In this document: one piece after another, positions 1 through 10,859 of the stretch
How the letters are laid out: each line of letters starts with the position of its first letter
Position numbering within the stretch: position 1 is the first letter of the stretch
Assembly: GCA_048268245.1 (NCBI GenBank)
Contig: JBLWVX010000004.1
Coordinates: forward strand, 64,001-128,000
Direction: 5' to 3'
Source of the DNA: Arcobacteraceae bacterium
Lineage (GTDB): Bacteria; Campylobacterota; Campylobacteria; Campylobacterales; Arcobacteraceae
Length of the DNA stretch: 64,000 nt
The notes under the pieces: model-generated
Database searches by the model: none
The model's input: only the letters and a program-made list of their open reading frames with translations
Told to the model about the DNA's origin: nothing
Translations under genes and position numbers: made by a program

Positions 1-62
1 TAACTTTGAGTATTTCTACAATTATGCTCTATTTGAAGAAGATCAGCTACATTTAATTTCAA
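1..62 (-). CDS. 5' part of a gene that runs off the window, probably a further component of the adhesin secretion locus
   Basis: TTG at 62-60 with AAGGA just upstream, overlapping the adhesin stop; reads MKLNVADLLQIEHNCRNTQS... and stays open to the edge. Function inferred from context only. Confidence 0.5.
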   Translation of the reverse strand, partial: MKLNVADLLQIEHNCRNTQS

Positions 63-71
63 AGTTAATCC

Positions 72-3000
72 TTATGTATCTTTACTTGAAAATAATTGCG
101 CTAAATTTTTACCATAAGTCTGCATTTGATTACTTTGACTTGTAACTTGTGATGAGAAATCATTATTTATATGAGATGAAGTAATTTCTATAGCTTCTTC
201 TTTTAATGCTGATATATCTATTTTTATATTTAATATTCTAATTTTATTATCAAAATCATAGGCTTTTATACTAAACTCCATATTATCTTTCAATAAACCT
301 TTTAATAAACCTGTTTTTTCATCAAATACCATGGTGATAGGGAGTTTATCTCCATTTACCATTAAAACTTCATATGCTCTTGCTTGTTTTATATCTACAA
401 TTTTTAATTGCATATAATCACTTACATAAGAGAAATCTTCTATTGTAAGACCTAAAGTCTCATATGCTTCTTTTTGTTGAACTTGAAAGTCAACTTCTCC
501 TCTTGTTCCTAAAGTAATATCAATAGATTTTAAAATATTAAACTTATTGATATTTGTAAAGACCTGTGTTTCATCTACTGTTTTAAAATCAGTATATCCT
601 TTAGCTAAAGTATCTAACTTTTGAAAGTCTTGATTAAACTTACTATTTTCTTGTTCTTCAATTGTATTACTTTTTATAACTCCAATTTGTTCAACTTTTT
701 GTGAGTTGTCAGATATTTCAACCTTATCTACTTGTATAGGTGGTTCTACTTCTTTAGGAGGTTCAAATTCTGGAACTACTACCTTTGGAGGTCCTAAAAC
801 ATCAATTTGATAAGTTCTTGAAGCTAAAGCTTGCATAGAAGAGGAGTCATAAGTAGTGATTGTAACTTCAAATATTCCTATTTCAAGTGGTCTTCCACTT
901 ATCAAACCAGTAATTAGGTCATAATTTATTCCCGTGGGAAGTCCTGTTGCTTCATATACTAAATTATCACTCTTATCAACATCTGTAAATAAAAATGAAA
1001 TCTCTTGTGAATAATCTTGTCCATAAGTTATTATTGAGTCAATATTATCATTTGATACTATTGGTGCATCATTTTGCCCACCAATATCTATAGTAATAGT
1101 TTGCATGTCTTTTTGGTTTTGACTATCTGCTATTTCTATATTATATGTGATTTTTATTAACTCATTTTCAGCTAAAAAGTCAAGTTGGGCTTCACTTATA
1201 GTATAATCCCAAGTAATTGTTCCACTACTAGTTCCCTCACCTACACTTGAAATACTAAATGCATTTAATAAATCAATTTCTTGTTGAGTAGTTAAGTTAA
1301 ATATTGTAACACCATCCGCTCTATAGGCTGTAATTGAATCAAAATAGTCATTTATACTAATATTATCACTTAAATCTAAATCATTAAAATTAATTGTTCC
1401 AGTATCATTATAAGTTGAACTCTCTTGAATAGTTCCTGCAATATCTGAACCAGTTATAGTAGGAGTATCATTTGCTCCTTGTATTACTATTTTAACATCT
1501 TGTGTTGAAGTTTGTCCATCATTATCAGTTACAGTTATTGTAAATATTGCTGTTACTGTTTCACCTTGAGCTAAAAAATTTATATCCCCTTCACTTATAC
1601 TATAATCCCAGGTAATTGTTCCAGTGTTTGTATTTGAGGAGAGATTAGTTATTGAAAAAGCATTTTCTATTGCATCTCTTTGAGTAGTACTTAAAGTAAA
1701 ATCTTGGTTATTACTATCCTTAGCAATTACATCTTTTACATCAAAACTTCCAAAGGGTTTATCATCTTTATCTATATCAGAAAAATCAATAGAGCCACTA
1801 TCACTTAAAGTTGAGCCTTCTTGTATCTGACCTTCTACATCTACAGCAGTTATTAAAGGAACATCATTTTCACCTACTATTAATATAGTGATATCTTGAG
1901 TTGAAAACTCACCTTGGGCATCTTGTACTCTTATTTGAAAAGTTAAAGTAACCTCATCTCCTTGACTTAAAAAGTCCAATTGACTTTCTGTTAGAGAGTA
2001 GTCCCATTGAATCTCTGAACTGTTTGAATTAGGAGTTAATTGAGTAATAGAAAAAGCATTTTCTAAAATAGCTTGATTTGAACCACTTATGCTAATTGTA
2101 TTACCAGTTGAATCAACTGCTTGAATATTAGTTAGACTTTCACTTATACTTGGTTGGTCTGTTTTATCTATATCACTAAAGCTAATCTTTCCACTATCAC
2201 TTAATGTTGAGCCCTCAGATACTCTACCCTCATCATCTATAACCTGAATAGTTGGCTTATCATTTGTTCCTTTTATCTGTATTGTAATATCTTGTTGTCT
2301 TGTTCCACCATTATTATCATTTACTTCTATGGTAAAAACAGCTGTTATTACTTCTGCTGTTCCCAAAAATTCAATATCACTTTGAGAGATTGTAAAATCC
2401 CAATTTATAGAGCCAGTATTGCTATTTGGATTTGCATTTGTAAAAGAAAAGGCATCTAAAATAACTTGTTCTTCTTGTGAACTTAAGTTATAACCATTTA
2501 AACTTGTGCTTACTAAAGAAGCAGATATTTTATCTGTTGTATCTTCATCTACAAAAGTTATTACTCCATTTTGAGAAACTACACCTTTATCAACAATTTC
2601 ACCTGTACTAGTAGAACTATTTACACTAACAGTATCGTTTACACCTTGTATGTTGATAGTAATTACTTGATTAACACTTGCTCCACTATTATCAGTTATT
2701 TGGATTGTATACTTTACTATTACACTTTCATTATTGGCCAAGAAATCAAGCTTATTATTAGATATTGCATAACTCCAAGAAAAAGTTCCTGTATTTGAAT
2801 TTATACTACTGTTAGTAAAATCAAAACTGTTGATTATCTCATTTTGCTGAGTTTGAGTTAAAGAAAGAGGAGTTACTCCATCACTTTCATAAGCTTCAAA
2901 ACTATTTGATATATAACTTGCAGATAAAGTATCATTCAAGTCCTTATCGCTTACATCAATATCTCCAGAAGCACTAATTGTTCCATTTTCAACTAAATTT

Positions 3001-4487
3001 GAGTTATCATCTGCATTATCAATAATAGGAGTATCATTAACTCCAATTATTTCTAAAACTGTTTTAGAAATATTACTATCGTTTACGCCATCATTAACTT
3101 TCCAAGATAATGTCCTTTGATTAAAAGCTGTTTCAGGAGAATCATTTGTTGAGTAAAATCTTATTGCTTTTAAAGCATTTTTATACTGTTCAACAGTAGC
3201 AGTACCACTAAGATTTAGAACACCCGATGATGAATCATATGAAGATAATATATTTCCATAAAGTGTATTATCATCATTGTTAAACTCCAGCATATCACCA
3301 CTTGTAAAGCCACTTGTTATTGAGATTTGAGCACTTTGTAAATCTGCTCCATCGTCAGTTAAAATCACTAGATTTACTAATTCAGAAGATGGACCATCTT
3401 CTGTATATGTAAATGTAGTTATATCCATACCACCCAACTTAATCTCAGCAACTTCTCCTGCACCACCACCTCTAATTTTATTAAATTCAACTCGATAGTA
3501 TCTAAATACTTCCGTATTGGAGAACTCTACTTTAACTTCTTCCCCTCTATTTGTACTAGGGTTTATATCCATAGAAACAATTAAGTTACTACTAAAGTCT
3601 GACCTATCATTTGAACCATAAATAGCAAATTTAATTGGATCTAAATCATCAGAACCAGTTGATGTAGTAATAGCAAAAGAGTTTACTATATAAGGATTTA
3701 AAGCATCAAAATCAAAACTTGTTCCTGAGCCTAAAGGAAAAGAAAAAGAAGTATTTACATCATTGTCAAAAGCGAAAGATGCGCTATTGTCTGAAAAGTC
3801 ACTTGCTGGAATTGAATCATAATTTGTTGAAGTTGAGAGATATGGAGCATCATTTGCTAAAAGGGTTTCATAGTTATCAATACTAATAGCCTGACTCTCA
3901 ATAACTCCACTTTTATACTCTAAGTTCCAATCACCATTTAAAAGTTTATCACCTGTCAAGTCATCTGATGCTGCTACATCTGCACTTGTTAAAGATGAGA
4001 TTTTATCCACGAAATCTTTACCTTGATTGTTTTGACCAATAGAACATCCATAAAGTAAAATATCAGCTTCTTTACTTAAACTATTTGAAATATTTTTTAA
4101 AGTTTGTTCATAATCTTGAATATTTTGTGAGTTTATACTTCCACTTGAAAAAAGTAATTCTCCCTCTTTACCATGGGATATTATATGTAAAGTATCAATA
4201 TCATTTTTATCTTCTAAAATAGTCTCAATTTGCTCTAAGACATCACTTTTGTCATCTAATATATATACTTCCGTATTTTCATCAAGTTGCTTTAATATCT
4301 CTTCTTTATTTTCAACTTGACTATCTATAAATACTATTTCTTTACTTTTATTTTCTTGTGGGGTAGTATCAGGTGTGTCATTGTTTTCAAAGCTATTATT
4401 ATCTAAAACATCAACAGCAGTTGTAACTGCTGCTCCATCAAATAAAACTCTAGGTTCTAAGGCACTTATTAGTGGATTTCGTTTCAT
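72..4487 (-). CDS. Large secreted adhesin-like protein (LEPRxLL motif, DUF4347, discoidin-like domain, about 5 VCBS/cadherin-like repeats, Ig-like domain), 1471 aa
   Basis: N-terminal LEPRVLFDGA; DUF4347 motifs LHIISHG, ILLYGC, DVAASDDLTG, DWNLE; ~130-aa repeats bounded by GxNDxP (GVNDTP, GTNDKP, GENDVP, GANDTP, GQNDAP); ATGLPTGI Ig-like motif; adjacent to TolC and adaptor genes. Confidence 0.85.
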   Translation of the reverse strand: MKRNPLISALEPRVLFDGAAVTTAVDVLDNNSFENNDTPDTTPQENKSKEIVFIDSQVENKEEILKQLDENTEVYILDDKSDVLEQIETILEDKNDIDTLHIISHGKEGELLFSSGSINSQNIQDYEQTLKNISNSLSKEADILLYGCSIGQNNQGKDFVDKISSLTSADVAASDDLTGDKLLNGDWNLEYKSGVIESQAISIDNYETLLANDAPYLSTSTNYDSIPASDFSDNSASFAFDNDVNTSFSFPLGSGTSFDFDALNPYIVNSFAITTSTGSDDLDPIKFAIYGSNDRSDFSSNLIVSMDINPSTNRGEEVKVEFSNTEVFRYYRVEFNKIRGGGAGEVAEIKLGGMDITTFTYTEDGPSSELVNLVILTDDGADLQSAQISITSGFTSGDMLEFNNDDNTLYGNILSSYDSSSGVLNLSGTATVEQYKNALKAIRFYSTNDSPETAFNQRTLSWKVNDGVNDSNISKTVLEIIGVNDTPIIDNADDNSNLVENGTISASGDIDVSDKDLNDTLSASYISNSFEAYESDGVTPLSLTQTQQNEIINSFDFTNSSINSNTGTFSWSYAISNNKLDFLANNESVIVKYTIQITDNSGASVNQVITINIQGVNDTVSVNSSTSTGEIVDKGVVSQNGVITFVDEDTTDKISASLVSTSLNGYNLSSQEEQVILDAFSFTNANPNSNTGSINWDFTISQSDIEFLGTAEVITAVFTIEVNDNNGGTRQQDITIQIKGTNDKPTIQVIDDEGRVSEGSTLSDSGKISFSDIDKTDQPSISESLTNIQAVDSTGNTISISGSNQAILENAFSITQLTPNSNSSEIQWDYSLTESQLDFLSQGDEVTLTFQIRVQDAQGEFSTQDITILIVGENDVPLITAVDVEGQIQEGSTLSDSGSIDFSDIDKDDKPFGSFDVKDVIAKDSNNQDFTLSTTQRDAIENAFSITNLSSNTNTGTITWDYSISEGDINFLAQGETVTAIFTITVTDNDGQTSTQDVKIVIQGANDTPTITGSDIAGTIQESSTYNDTGTINFNDLDLSDNISINDYFDSITAYRADGVTIFNLTTQQEIDLLNAFSISSVGEGTSSGTITWDYTISEAQLDFLAENELIKITYNIEIADSQNQKDMQTITIDIGGQNDAPIVSNDNIDSIITYGQDYSQEISFLFTDVDKSDNLVYEATGLPTGINYDLITGLISGRPLEIGIFEVTITTYDSSSMQALASRTYQIDVLGPPKVVVPEFEPPKEVEPPIQVDKVEISDNSQKVEQIGVIKSNTIEEQENSKFNQDFQKLDTLAKGYTDFKTVDETQVFTNINKFNILKSIDITLGTRGEVDFQVQQKEAYETLGLTIEDFSYVSDYMQLKIVDIKQARAYEVLMVNGDKLPITMVFDEKTGLLKGLLKDNMEFSIKAYDFDNKIRILNIKIDISALKEEAIEITSSHINNDFSSQVTSQSNQMQTYGKNLAQLFSSKDT

Positions 4488-4496
4488 ATTAAGCCT

Positions 4497-5219
4497 TTAT
4501 TTTTGCTCATTAATCTGAAATATTGCTGTTGCACTCATTCCTGGTATTATTTTATCATAAGGTTTTTCTAATGATACTCTAACTAAAACAGTCTGACTAA
4601 TAGGGTCAACTACAGAACCTATTTCTTTTACTACTGCATTTATAGATGTTTGAGTTTCATCCACATTTAAAACAACTCTCATATCTTTTTTTAGAACTGA
4701 TAACCATGTTGAAGGAACAAAAGTTTTTGCTTCCAAACTCTCTGTTGAAATTATCTCTAATATCTGCTCATTTGGCTTTACACTTTGATGTTGAGAAACT
4801 TCTCTACTTACTACTCTTCCATTGTAAGGGGCATAAATATCACATCTTTTTACATTTATAGAAGCTATTTTATACTCTGCTTCTTGCTTTCTAAACTCTT
4901 CTCTTGCAATATCAACTTCAAACTTTCCAATTGATTTAAAGCTTTCTAGTTTTTTATTCTTTTTATATTTTAAATATGCAATATTTTTTTCAATAGCTGC
5001 TTTTGCTTTTTGAGCTTTATAAATATCACAATTTAGTTTTACTAAAAGGTCACCTTTTTTAAAAGAATCTCCTTCTATTTTTTTTAAATACGTAATATTT
5101 CCAGCTAATTCACTTGATAAAATAGTTTTATCATAAGAAGTAATAACAGCCCTTGAACTAATCTCATCTTGTGCAAAAATATATGTGATTAAAAATCCTA
5201 TTAAAAATATCTTTTTCAT
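4497..5219 (-). CDS. Periplasmic adaptor (HlyD/RND membrane fusion family)
   Basis: Signal peptide; lipoyl half-motifs EGDSFKKGDLL and IYAPYNGRV; VDPISQTV and PGMSATA. Confidence 0.85.
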   Translation of the reverse strand: MKKIFLIGFLITYIFAQDEISSRAVITSYDKTILSSELAGNITYLKKIEGDSFKKGDLLVKLNCDIYKAQKAKAAIEKNIAYLKYKKNKKLESFKSIGKFEVDIAREEFRKQEAEYKIASINVKRCDIYAPYNGRVVSREVSQHQSVKPNEQILEIISTESLEAKTFVPSTWLSVLKKDMRVVLNVDETQTSINAVVKEIGSVVDPISQTVLVRVSLEKPYDKIIPGMSATAIFQINEQK

Positions 5220-5222
5220 TCT

Positions 5223-7178
5223 CTACTCTTTTATATCCATCACTAAATTACTAATATATCCAAAAGATGTTTTATACCAAACATCTTTATTGTTGGATAT
5301 TATCTCTTCAATATTTATTTCTTGGTTTTTAGGAAGTAAGAAAAGAACAGGGCTTTGCCAGTTTGCTTGGGATCTAATATTTGCATTTTTAAAAGCTATT
5401 CCTTTAAAAATAGTTTTTTTTATCTCTTTTTTACTTGCTAGACTTAAGTTATCTTCTTTTTCATCTTTTATAAATACAGCACTTTTATAAATAAATCCAA
5501 GTGGTGTCTCTATCCATTTTCCATATTTATTTTCAAACTCTCTTAAAACTTTAACTTTTCTATTTTTTAGTAAAACAACACTGTACATACTATCTTTATG
5601 AGGTTCTTTTCTTAGATATACATTTTGTGTTGTTTGTGCAGTTTTTACTAACTTTTCAAGTTTAGCTTTTTTAATTTCTTCTTTTTTCTTTTGGATTTTT
5701 TTAGGCTCTTTTACTTTTATAACACTATTTTTTTCTAAAGTCTCTTTTCCTATATCCTCATAAGTTCCTATTGAAGCAAAAACTCTACCATAGCTATTTT
5801 GTACATTTGCATAAGATGAAGAGTGTCTAAGCAAAGCTAAGATATAGTTTAGTTTCTCTTTTATATAAATCAACCTACTGTTCATATTTAGTTTATTTGT
5901 AACTTCTGTTAATTTATAAATCTCTTGAGCTACATCTAAATACTTTTTTGAAAGTTTATACTCTTTTTTTGATTGTTCAAAATCTGCAAGGGATAAATGA
6001 ACCTGTGATAATACTGCCATTGAAATAGCAAGTTTTTGCTCTTTAGCAAGGGCTATTTTTGTTTTTGCTATTTTTTGACTTGTATTTGCTTTAAAGATAT
6101 TTAATAAATTCCAAGAGATAGTTGCACCATATGAGGTCCAATTGTTATTTAATAAATAGTCATTATTATCATAAGAAATACCACTGTTTAATTTAATTCC
6201 TGGAAGCATTTGCAAGATTGCTCTTGTAGTTTCTTTATGAGAAATTCTTTGTTTATATCTACTCTCTAAAATCTCTGGTCTATTCTCTAAAGCCATTATT
6301 TCCATTTGTTTTAAACCAAGATTTAATTTTGGAAGTTCATAATCAGTCTTTATTTCTTGGGCTAAAGTAAAATGTGTTCCAGCTTTTAAACCCATAAGTT
6401 CAGCTAACTCAACCTTAGCATTCATAAGATTTCTTTCTAAAGATTGAAGAGATCTTAATACTTCAAGTAAATCCCTTTGATATGCCAAAGACTCCATTGG
6501 TGAGTTGATTCTAAGTTTTTTAATCTTATTTGAGTCGTTTAAAGCTACTTGAACATCTTTCATCATAGGAACAATTTTTTTAAGTAAAGCTTGAGCTGAT
6601 GCAGCTTTATAGTAAGTTCTTCTTACTTCTTGTACTATATTGTGAATTACTTTTCTCTCATTTTGTTTTGCCATTAAGTATTTATCAGCTTGTTGTTGAG
6701 CTTTTACATAAGATAATCCAAAATCCAAAACATTCCAACTAAAAGAGATATCTGCATCAATTTTTTCTTTGTCTTGAGATACCGAGTATGATGGTTCACC
6801 AGTTATTGGCTCAGGGTTACCATTACTAAAAGAAGTACTAGCAGATGCAGCGTACTCATCTCTTTTTGAGTATCCTGCACTTGTAGTTAGATTTGGTAAC
6901 ATATCATAATATACTAAATCAATTTGTTGTTTTGCTAAGGCTGTTTGCATTAACTTGATTTTATTTCTTACATTATTTTTTAAGGCTTTATCTATTGCTT
7001 CATCTATGGTAATAGGTTTTGTAATAACAGGGGAAATTCTATTTATTAGTTTTAAATCTTGATTAGCTTTTAGGGATATTTCTTCTTTACTTAGAGGCTG
7101 GGGAGTTACTGTACATCCACTTATAAAAAAAGTAATTAATAGTAAAAGTAGTGTTGATTTTTTCTTTAAAAACCCCAT
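5223..7178 (-). CDS. TolC-family outer membrane lipoprotein with two C-terminal SH3b-like domains
   Basis: Lipobox ISGC; ITIDEAIDKALKNN, SWNVLDFGLSY and ALENRPEI motifs; C-terminal NVYLRKEP...WIETPLGFI and ANIRSQA...WYKTSFGYIS. Confidence 0.85.
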   Translation of the reverse strand: MGFLKKKSTLLLLLITFFISGCTVTPQPLSKEEISLKANQDLKLINRISPVITKPITIDEAIDKALKNNVRNKIKLMQTALAKQQIDLVYYDMLPNLTTSAGYSKRDEYAASASTSFSNGNPEPITGEPSYSVSQDKEKIDADISFSWNVLDFGLSYVKAQQQADKYLMAKQNERKVIHNIVQEVRRTYYKAASAQALLKKIVPMMKDVQVALNDSNKIKKLRINSPMESLAYQRDLLEVLRSLQSLERNLMNAKVELAELMGLKAGTHFTLAQEIKTDYELPKLNLGLKQMEIMALENRPEILESRYKQRISHKETTRAILQMLPGIKLNSGISYDNNDYLLNNNWTSYGATISWNLLNIFKANTSQKIAKTKIALAKEQKLAISMAVLSQVHLSLADFEQSKKEYKLSKKYLDVAQEIYKLTEVTNKLNMNSRLIYIKEKLNYILALLRHSSSYANVQNSYGRVFASIGTYEDIGKETLEKNSVIKVKEPKKIQKKKEEIKKAKLEKLVKTAQTTQNVYLRKEPHKDSMYSVVLLKNRKVKVLREFENKYGKWIETPLGFIYKSAVFIKDEKEDNLSLASKKEIKKTIFKGIAFKNANIRSQANWQSPVLFLLPKNQEINIEEIISNNKDVWYKTSFGYISNLVMDIKE

Positions 7179-7292
7179 TTAAAACCCCATGATGTAATTA
7201 TTTTATATATTTTGCCCTATATAAACTTAAATCCCTATCTAGTGGGGTTTTAGCAAGTTATTTTATACTTTAAAAAGTAGTAAAACTACTTT

Positions 7293-10200
7293 TTAAATAT
7301 TATAATATTTTGCGTCGTGGTGAGGAACTACTATTGCACAAGTAGTTTGTTCTGGATGCATTTGGAATGTCTCAGATAATTCAATCCCAAACTTTTCAGG
7401 ATCTAGTAAATCAAAGATATCTCTATTCATAGCTAAATCAGGACAAGCTGCATATCCAGGAGAATATCTACAACCTACATATTGCTTCATTTGAACATCA
7501 TTTAATGTTGGTCCTTCTTTTGGAACAATATCTAAATCAAGTCTAATTTGCTTATGTAAAACCTCAGCTAAAGCCTCAGCAAGCTCTACTCCAAGCCCAT
7601 GAATTTGATAATACTTATTAAATTCACCTTTGTTGTAATACTCTCTTTCATAATCAGCAACTTTAAGACCTGCACTTGCAAGGGTAAATCCAACTACATC
7701 TAATCTATCATTTGCAAAATAATCAGCAATACATCTAAAAGGTTTTCTTTTTTGTCTTGGGAACTCTAAAACTTTTATTGCTTCATCTAATGATGGCTTA
7801 TTATTTCTAGCTTCTTCTTCTGAGTTGAATAAGTACTTTTTATCAAAAATATAAAGCTTATTATCATGAGACATACAAGGGTAATACTCATAAATAGCGA
7901 TTGGATCAAAGATATTTTTATCAAGTAATTCTTCTTTTAACTCTTCATATAAAGGCTTAACAACTTCTTCTTCATGCTTAATAAAATCAGTACTTTTTTG
8001 TTTTCCTCTTTTATATCCCCATCTTTGTCTAAATAAAACTCTATGATTAATCCATTTAAATACTAACTCTTTATCTACTTCATCACCAGTTTTTGCAACT
8101 CTATCCCAAAGTGGAGGGAAAGTAAACTCTGTAGGTTCTGGAAGTTCTATCTCTTCATACGGAGGAATTTCAACTTCTTCTTTTGCAACCCTATCACTTG
8201 TATCAATTTCTTCAATTAAATCAGCTGCTAAAGCAGTATTATCTAAATCACCCTCTTCAATTCTTTGCATAGAAACAACTCCATCAAAGGCATCTCTACA
8301 ATAGAATATTGGACCATCATAAATAGGTCTACAATAATCATTTACAAAACCTTTTGTAAGTGCAGCTCCTCCTAAAAGGACAGGAATATCTATTCCTTCT
8401 TTTTGAAGTGTTTCTAGATTTTCTTTCATTACAGCAGTTGATTTTACAAGTAATCCACTCATTCCAATAGCTTGAGCTTTATTCTCTTTTACTGCAATAA
8501 TAAAGTCATTTAAATCAGCTTTAATACCAATATTGATTACTTTGAATCCATTGTTTGAAAGAATAATATCAACTAGGTTTTTACCAACATCATGAACATC
8601 ACCTTTTACAGTTCCAAGTACAAGTACAGTTTCACTAGCTTTTTCTTTTTTAGGTAAATATGGATTTAAGCTATCAACTGTAGCTTTCATAGTTTCAGCA
8701 CTTTGAAGTACAAATGGTAACTGCATTTGACCTGAACCAAATAACTCACCAATAATTTTCATACCATCAATAAGCCATTCATTTACTATAATCTCTGGAT
8801 TAACATCATGTCTTAGCTCTTCTACAAGTGGTAACATTCTATCTTTATCACCATCTAATAAAAGTTTTTTAACTTTCTCAACTGGCTCTAATTTTTGGTA
8901 CTCTTCATCACTTTGCTCTTCCATATCTCCCACATTTGCAAAGTGGTCTATAAAGGCAAATAATGGGTCACCATTTTCTTGATTATTAAAGATTAAATCA
9001 TCACAAGCTTTTCTATCTTCATCAGAAATTTTATTCAGAGGTAAAATATGTTTTACATTTACAATTGCTGTTGTAAGTCCTGCTTTTACACAATGGTCTA
9101 AATAAATTGAGTTTAAGTAAATTCTAGCTTTTTGATCCAGTCCAAAAGAGATATTTGAAAGTCCTAAAGTAGTTCCTACTTCTGGGTGTCTTATTTGGAA
9201 CTCTTTAATAGCTTCAAGTGTTTCAACACCAGCTGTTCTATACTCTTCATCCCCTGAACCAATAGTAAATGTAAGCATATCAAATACTAAATCTTCTGGA
9301 TTAAATCCATGTCTATTTACACATAAATCATAAATTCTCTCTGCTACTTCTAACTTTCGCTCTAATGTTTTAGCCATACCAATTTCATCAATAACTAAAC
9401 AAACAAGAGCTGCACCAAACTTTTTAGCTAATCTACAAATCTCATCAAATTTGTCTTCACCATCTTCAAGGTTAACTGAGTTGATAATAGGTCTTCCACC
9501 TATTTGTTTAAGTGCTGCTTCAAGTGCTGGAATTTGTGTTGAGTCAGGCATTAAAGGAAGTGACACTTTTTGAGAGTAAAGTCCCACAACTTTATCCATA
9601 TCTTCTCTTTCATCACGTCCTGCGAATCCAACTGATACATCAATTACATGTGCCCCTGCTCTTACTTGCTGTTGACCAACTGTTAAAGTTCCTTCATAAT
9701 TATTTGCTTTTAGTAATTCTCTAAAGGCTTTCGAACCTGTAGCATTTGATCGCTCACCTATTAAAAGTGGTGCTGGGTCTTGTTTTAGAGGAACTACATT
9801 AAATAAACTTGCTAATGAAGCTTTTAAAAATCCGCTAGGTTTCTTTGGTATTATACCTTCAATATCTGCAACTAATGCTTTGATATGTTCAGGAGTAGTA
9901 CCACAACAACCACCCAAGAATGAAACTCCATTAAACTCTAAGAACTCTTTTGTTAATTCTGTAAACTCTTTAGGTTGCATTGGATAGTAAGTTTTTCCAC
10001 CTTTATTTTGTGGAAGCCCAGCATTTGCATGAACAGAAATAGGGAACTTACAAATCTCACTTAATGTTTTTACATGTTTATGTACTTGTTTTGGTCCAGT
10101 ACCACAGTTAAATCCAAGTGATAATATATTAAATGGCTCTAAGATAGCTGCAATTGTCATAGCGTCTGTTCCTATAAGCATCGTACCACTAAGCTCAATA

Positions 10201-10772
10201 GTTACAGATACCATAATTGGAATATTTGGTGCCACATCATTTAAAGCATGTAAACCTGCTTTAATTTGTAAGGGATCTTGACAAGTTTCAAGTAAGAACA
10301 CATCAGTTCCACCATCAGCCAGTCCTTGTGCCATAACTTTATAACCTTCATACATTTCATCATAAGTTATATGTCCAAGTGATGGTAACTTTGTTCCAGG
10401 TCCAATTGATCCTAATACATATCTTGGTTTTTGAGGTGTACTAAACTTATCACAAGAATCTTTTACAAGTTTTGCTCCAAGTCTTGATAATTCATATGAT
10501 GTTTGAGGAATTTGATATTCATCCAATACCCATGGCATAGAACCAAAAGTATTTGTTGAAATCAAATCAGCCCCAGCTTCTAAATAATCATCATGAATCT
10601 TTTCTAAAACATGAGGAGCAGTCAAGTTTAAAAGTTCATTACAACCTTCTAGATTGATTCCCTCATATTCCCACTCTTTATCTTTAATCTCTGCTAATTG
10701 AAGCTGTGTTCCCATAGCTCCATCAATAACTAGCACTCTTTCATTTATTATACTTTTTATTTCTTCTATCAT
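7293..10772 (-). CDS. metH: B12-dependent methionine synthase
   Basis: DGAMGT, GGCCGTTPEHI, IGERSNATGS, cobalamin-binding GDVHDVGKN...MSGLL, RYSPGYAACPD. Confidence 0.97.
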   Translation of the reverse strand: MIEEIKSIINERVLVIDGAMGTQLQLAEIKDKEWEYEGINLEGCNELLNLTAPHVLEKIHDDYLEAGADLISTNTFGSMPWVLDEYQIPQTSYELSRLGAKLVKDSCDKFSTPQKPRYVLGSIGPGTKLPSLGHITYDEMYEGYKVMAQGLADGGTDVFLLETCQDPLQIKAGLHALNDVAPNIPIMVSVTIELSGTMLIGTDAMTIAAILEPFNILSLGFNCGTGPKQVHKHVKTLSEICKFPISVHANAGLPQNKGGKTYYPMQPKEFTELTKEFLEFNGVSFLGGCCGTTPEHIKALVADIEGIIPKKPSGFLKASLASLFNVVPLKQDPAPLLIGERSNATGSKAFRELLKANNYEGTLTVGQQQVRAGAHVIDVSVGFAGRDEREDMDKVVGLYSQKVSLPLMPDSTQIPALEAALKQIGGRPIINSVNLEDGEDKFDEICRLAKKFGAALVCLVIDEIGMAKTLERKLEVAERIYDLCVNRHGFNPEDLVFDMLTFTIGSGDEEYRTAGVETLEAIKEFQIRHPEVGTTLGLSNISFGLDQKARIYLNSIYLDHCVKAGLTTAIVNVKHILPLNKISDEDRKACDDLIFNNQENGDPLFAFIDHFANVGDMEEQSDEEYQKLEPVEKVKKLLLDGDKDRMLPLVEELRHDVNPEIIVNEWLIDGMKIIGELFGSGQMQLPFVLQSAETMKATVDSLNPYLPKKEKASETVLVLGTVKGDVHDVGKNLVDIILSNNGFKVINIGIKADLNDFIIAVKENKAQAIGMSGLLVKSTAVMKENLETLQKEGIDIPVLLGGAALTKGFVNDYCRPIYDGPIFYCRDAFDGVVSMQRIEEGDLDNTALAADLIEEIDTSDRVAKEEVEIPPYEEIELPEPTEFTFPPLWDRVAKTGDEVDKELVFKWINHRVLFRQRWGYKRGKQKSTDFIKHEEEVVKPLYEELKEELLDKNIFDPIAIYEYYPCMSHDNKLYIFDKKYLFNSEEEARNNKPSLDEAIKVLEFPRQKRKPFRCIADYFANDRLDVVGFTLASAGLKVADYEREYYNKGEFNKYYQIHGLGVELAEALAEVLHKQIRLDLDIVPKEGPTLNDVQMKQYVGCRYSPGYAACPDLAMNRDIFDLLDPEKFGIELSETFQMHPEQTTCAIVVPHHDAKYYNI

Positions 10773-10859
10773 ATTTTTTACTCTTATTTGAAAATCTTAT
10801 AATTATTATATATTTAAGTTATAATATACCAAGTTATAACTTAGGGAAAAATTTCTCTT

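Noticed and set aside
10773..10859. Cobalamin or SAM riboswitch upstream of metH
   Set aside because: Only 87 bp, with no recognisable aptamer motifs.
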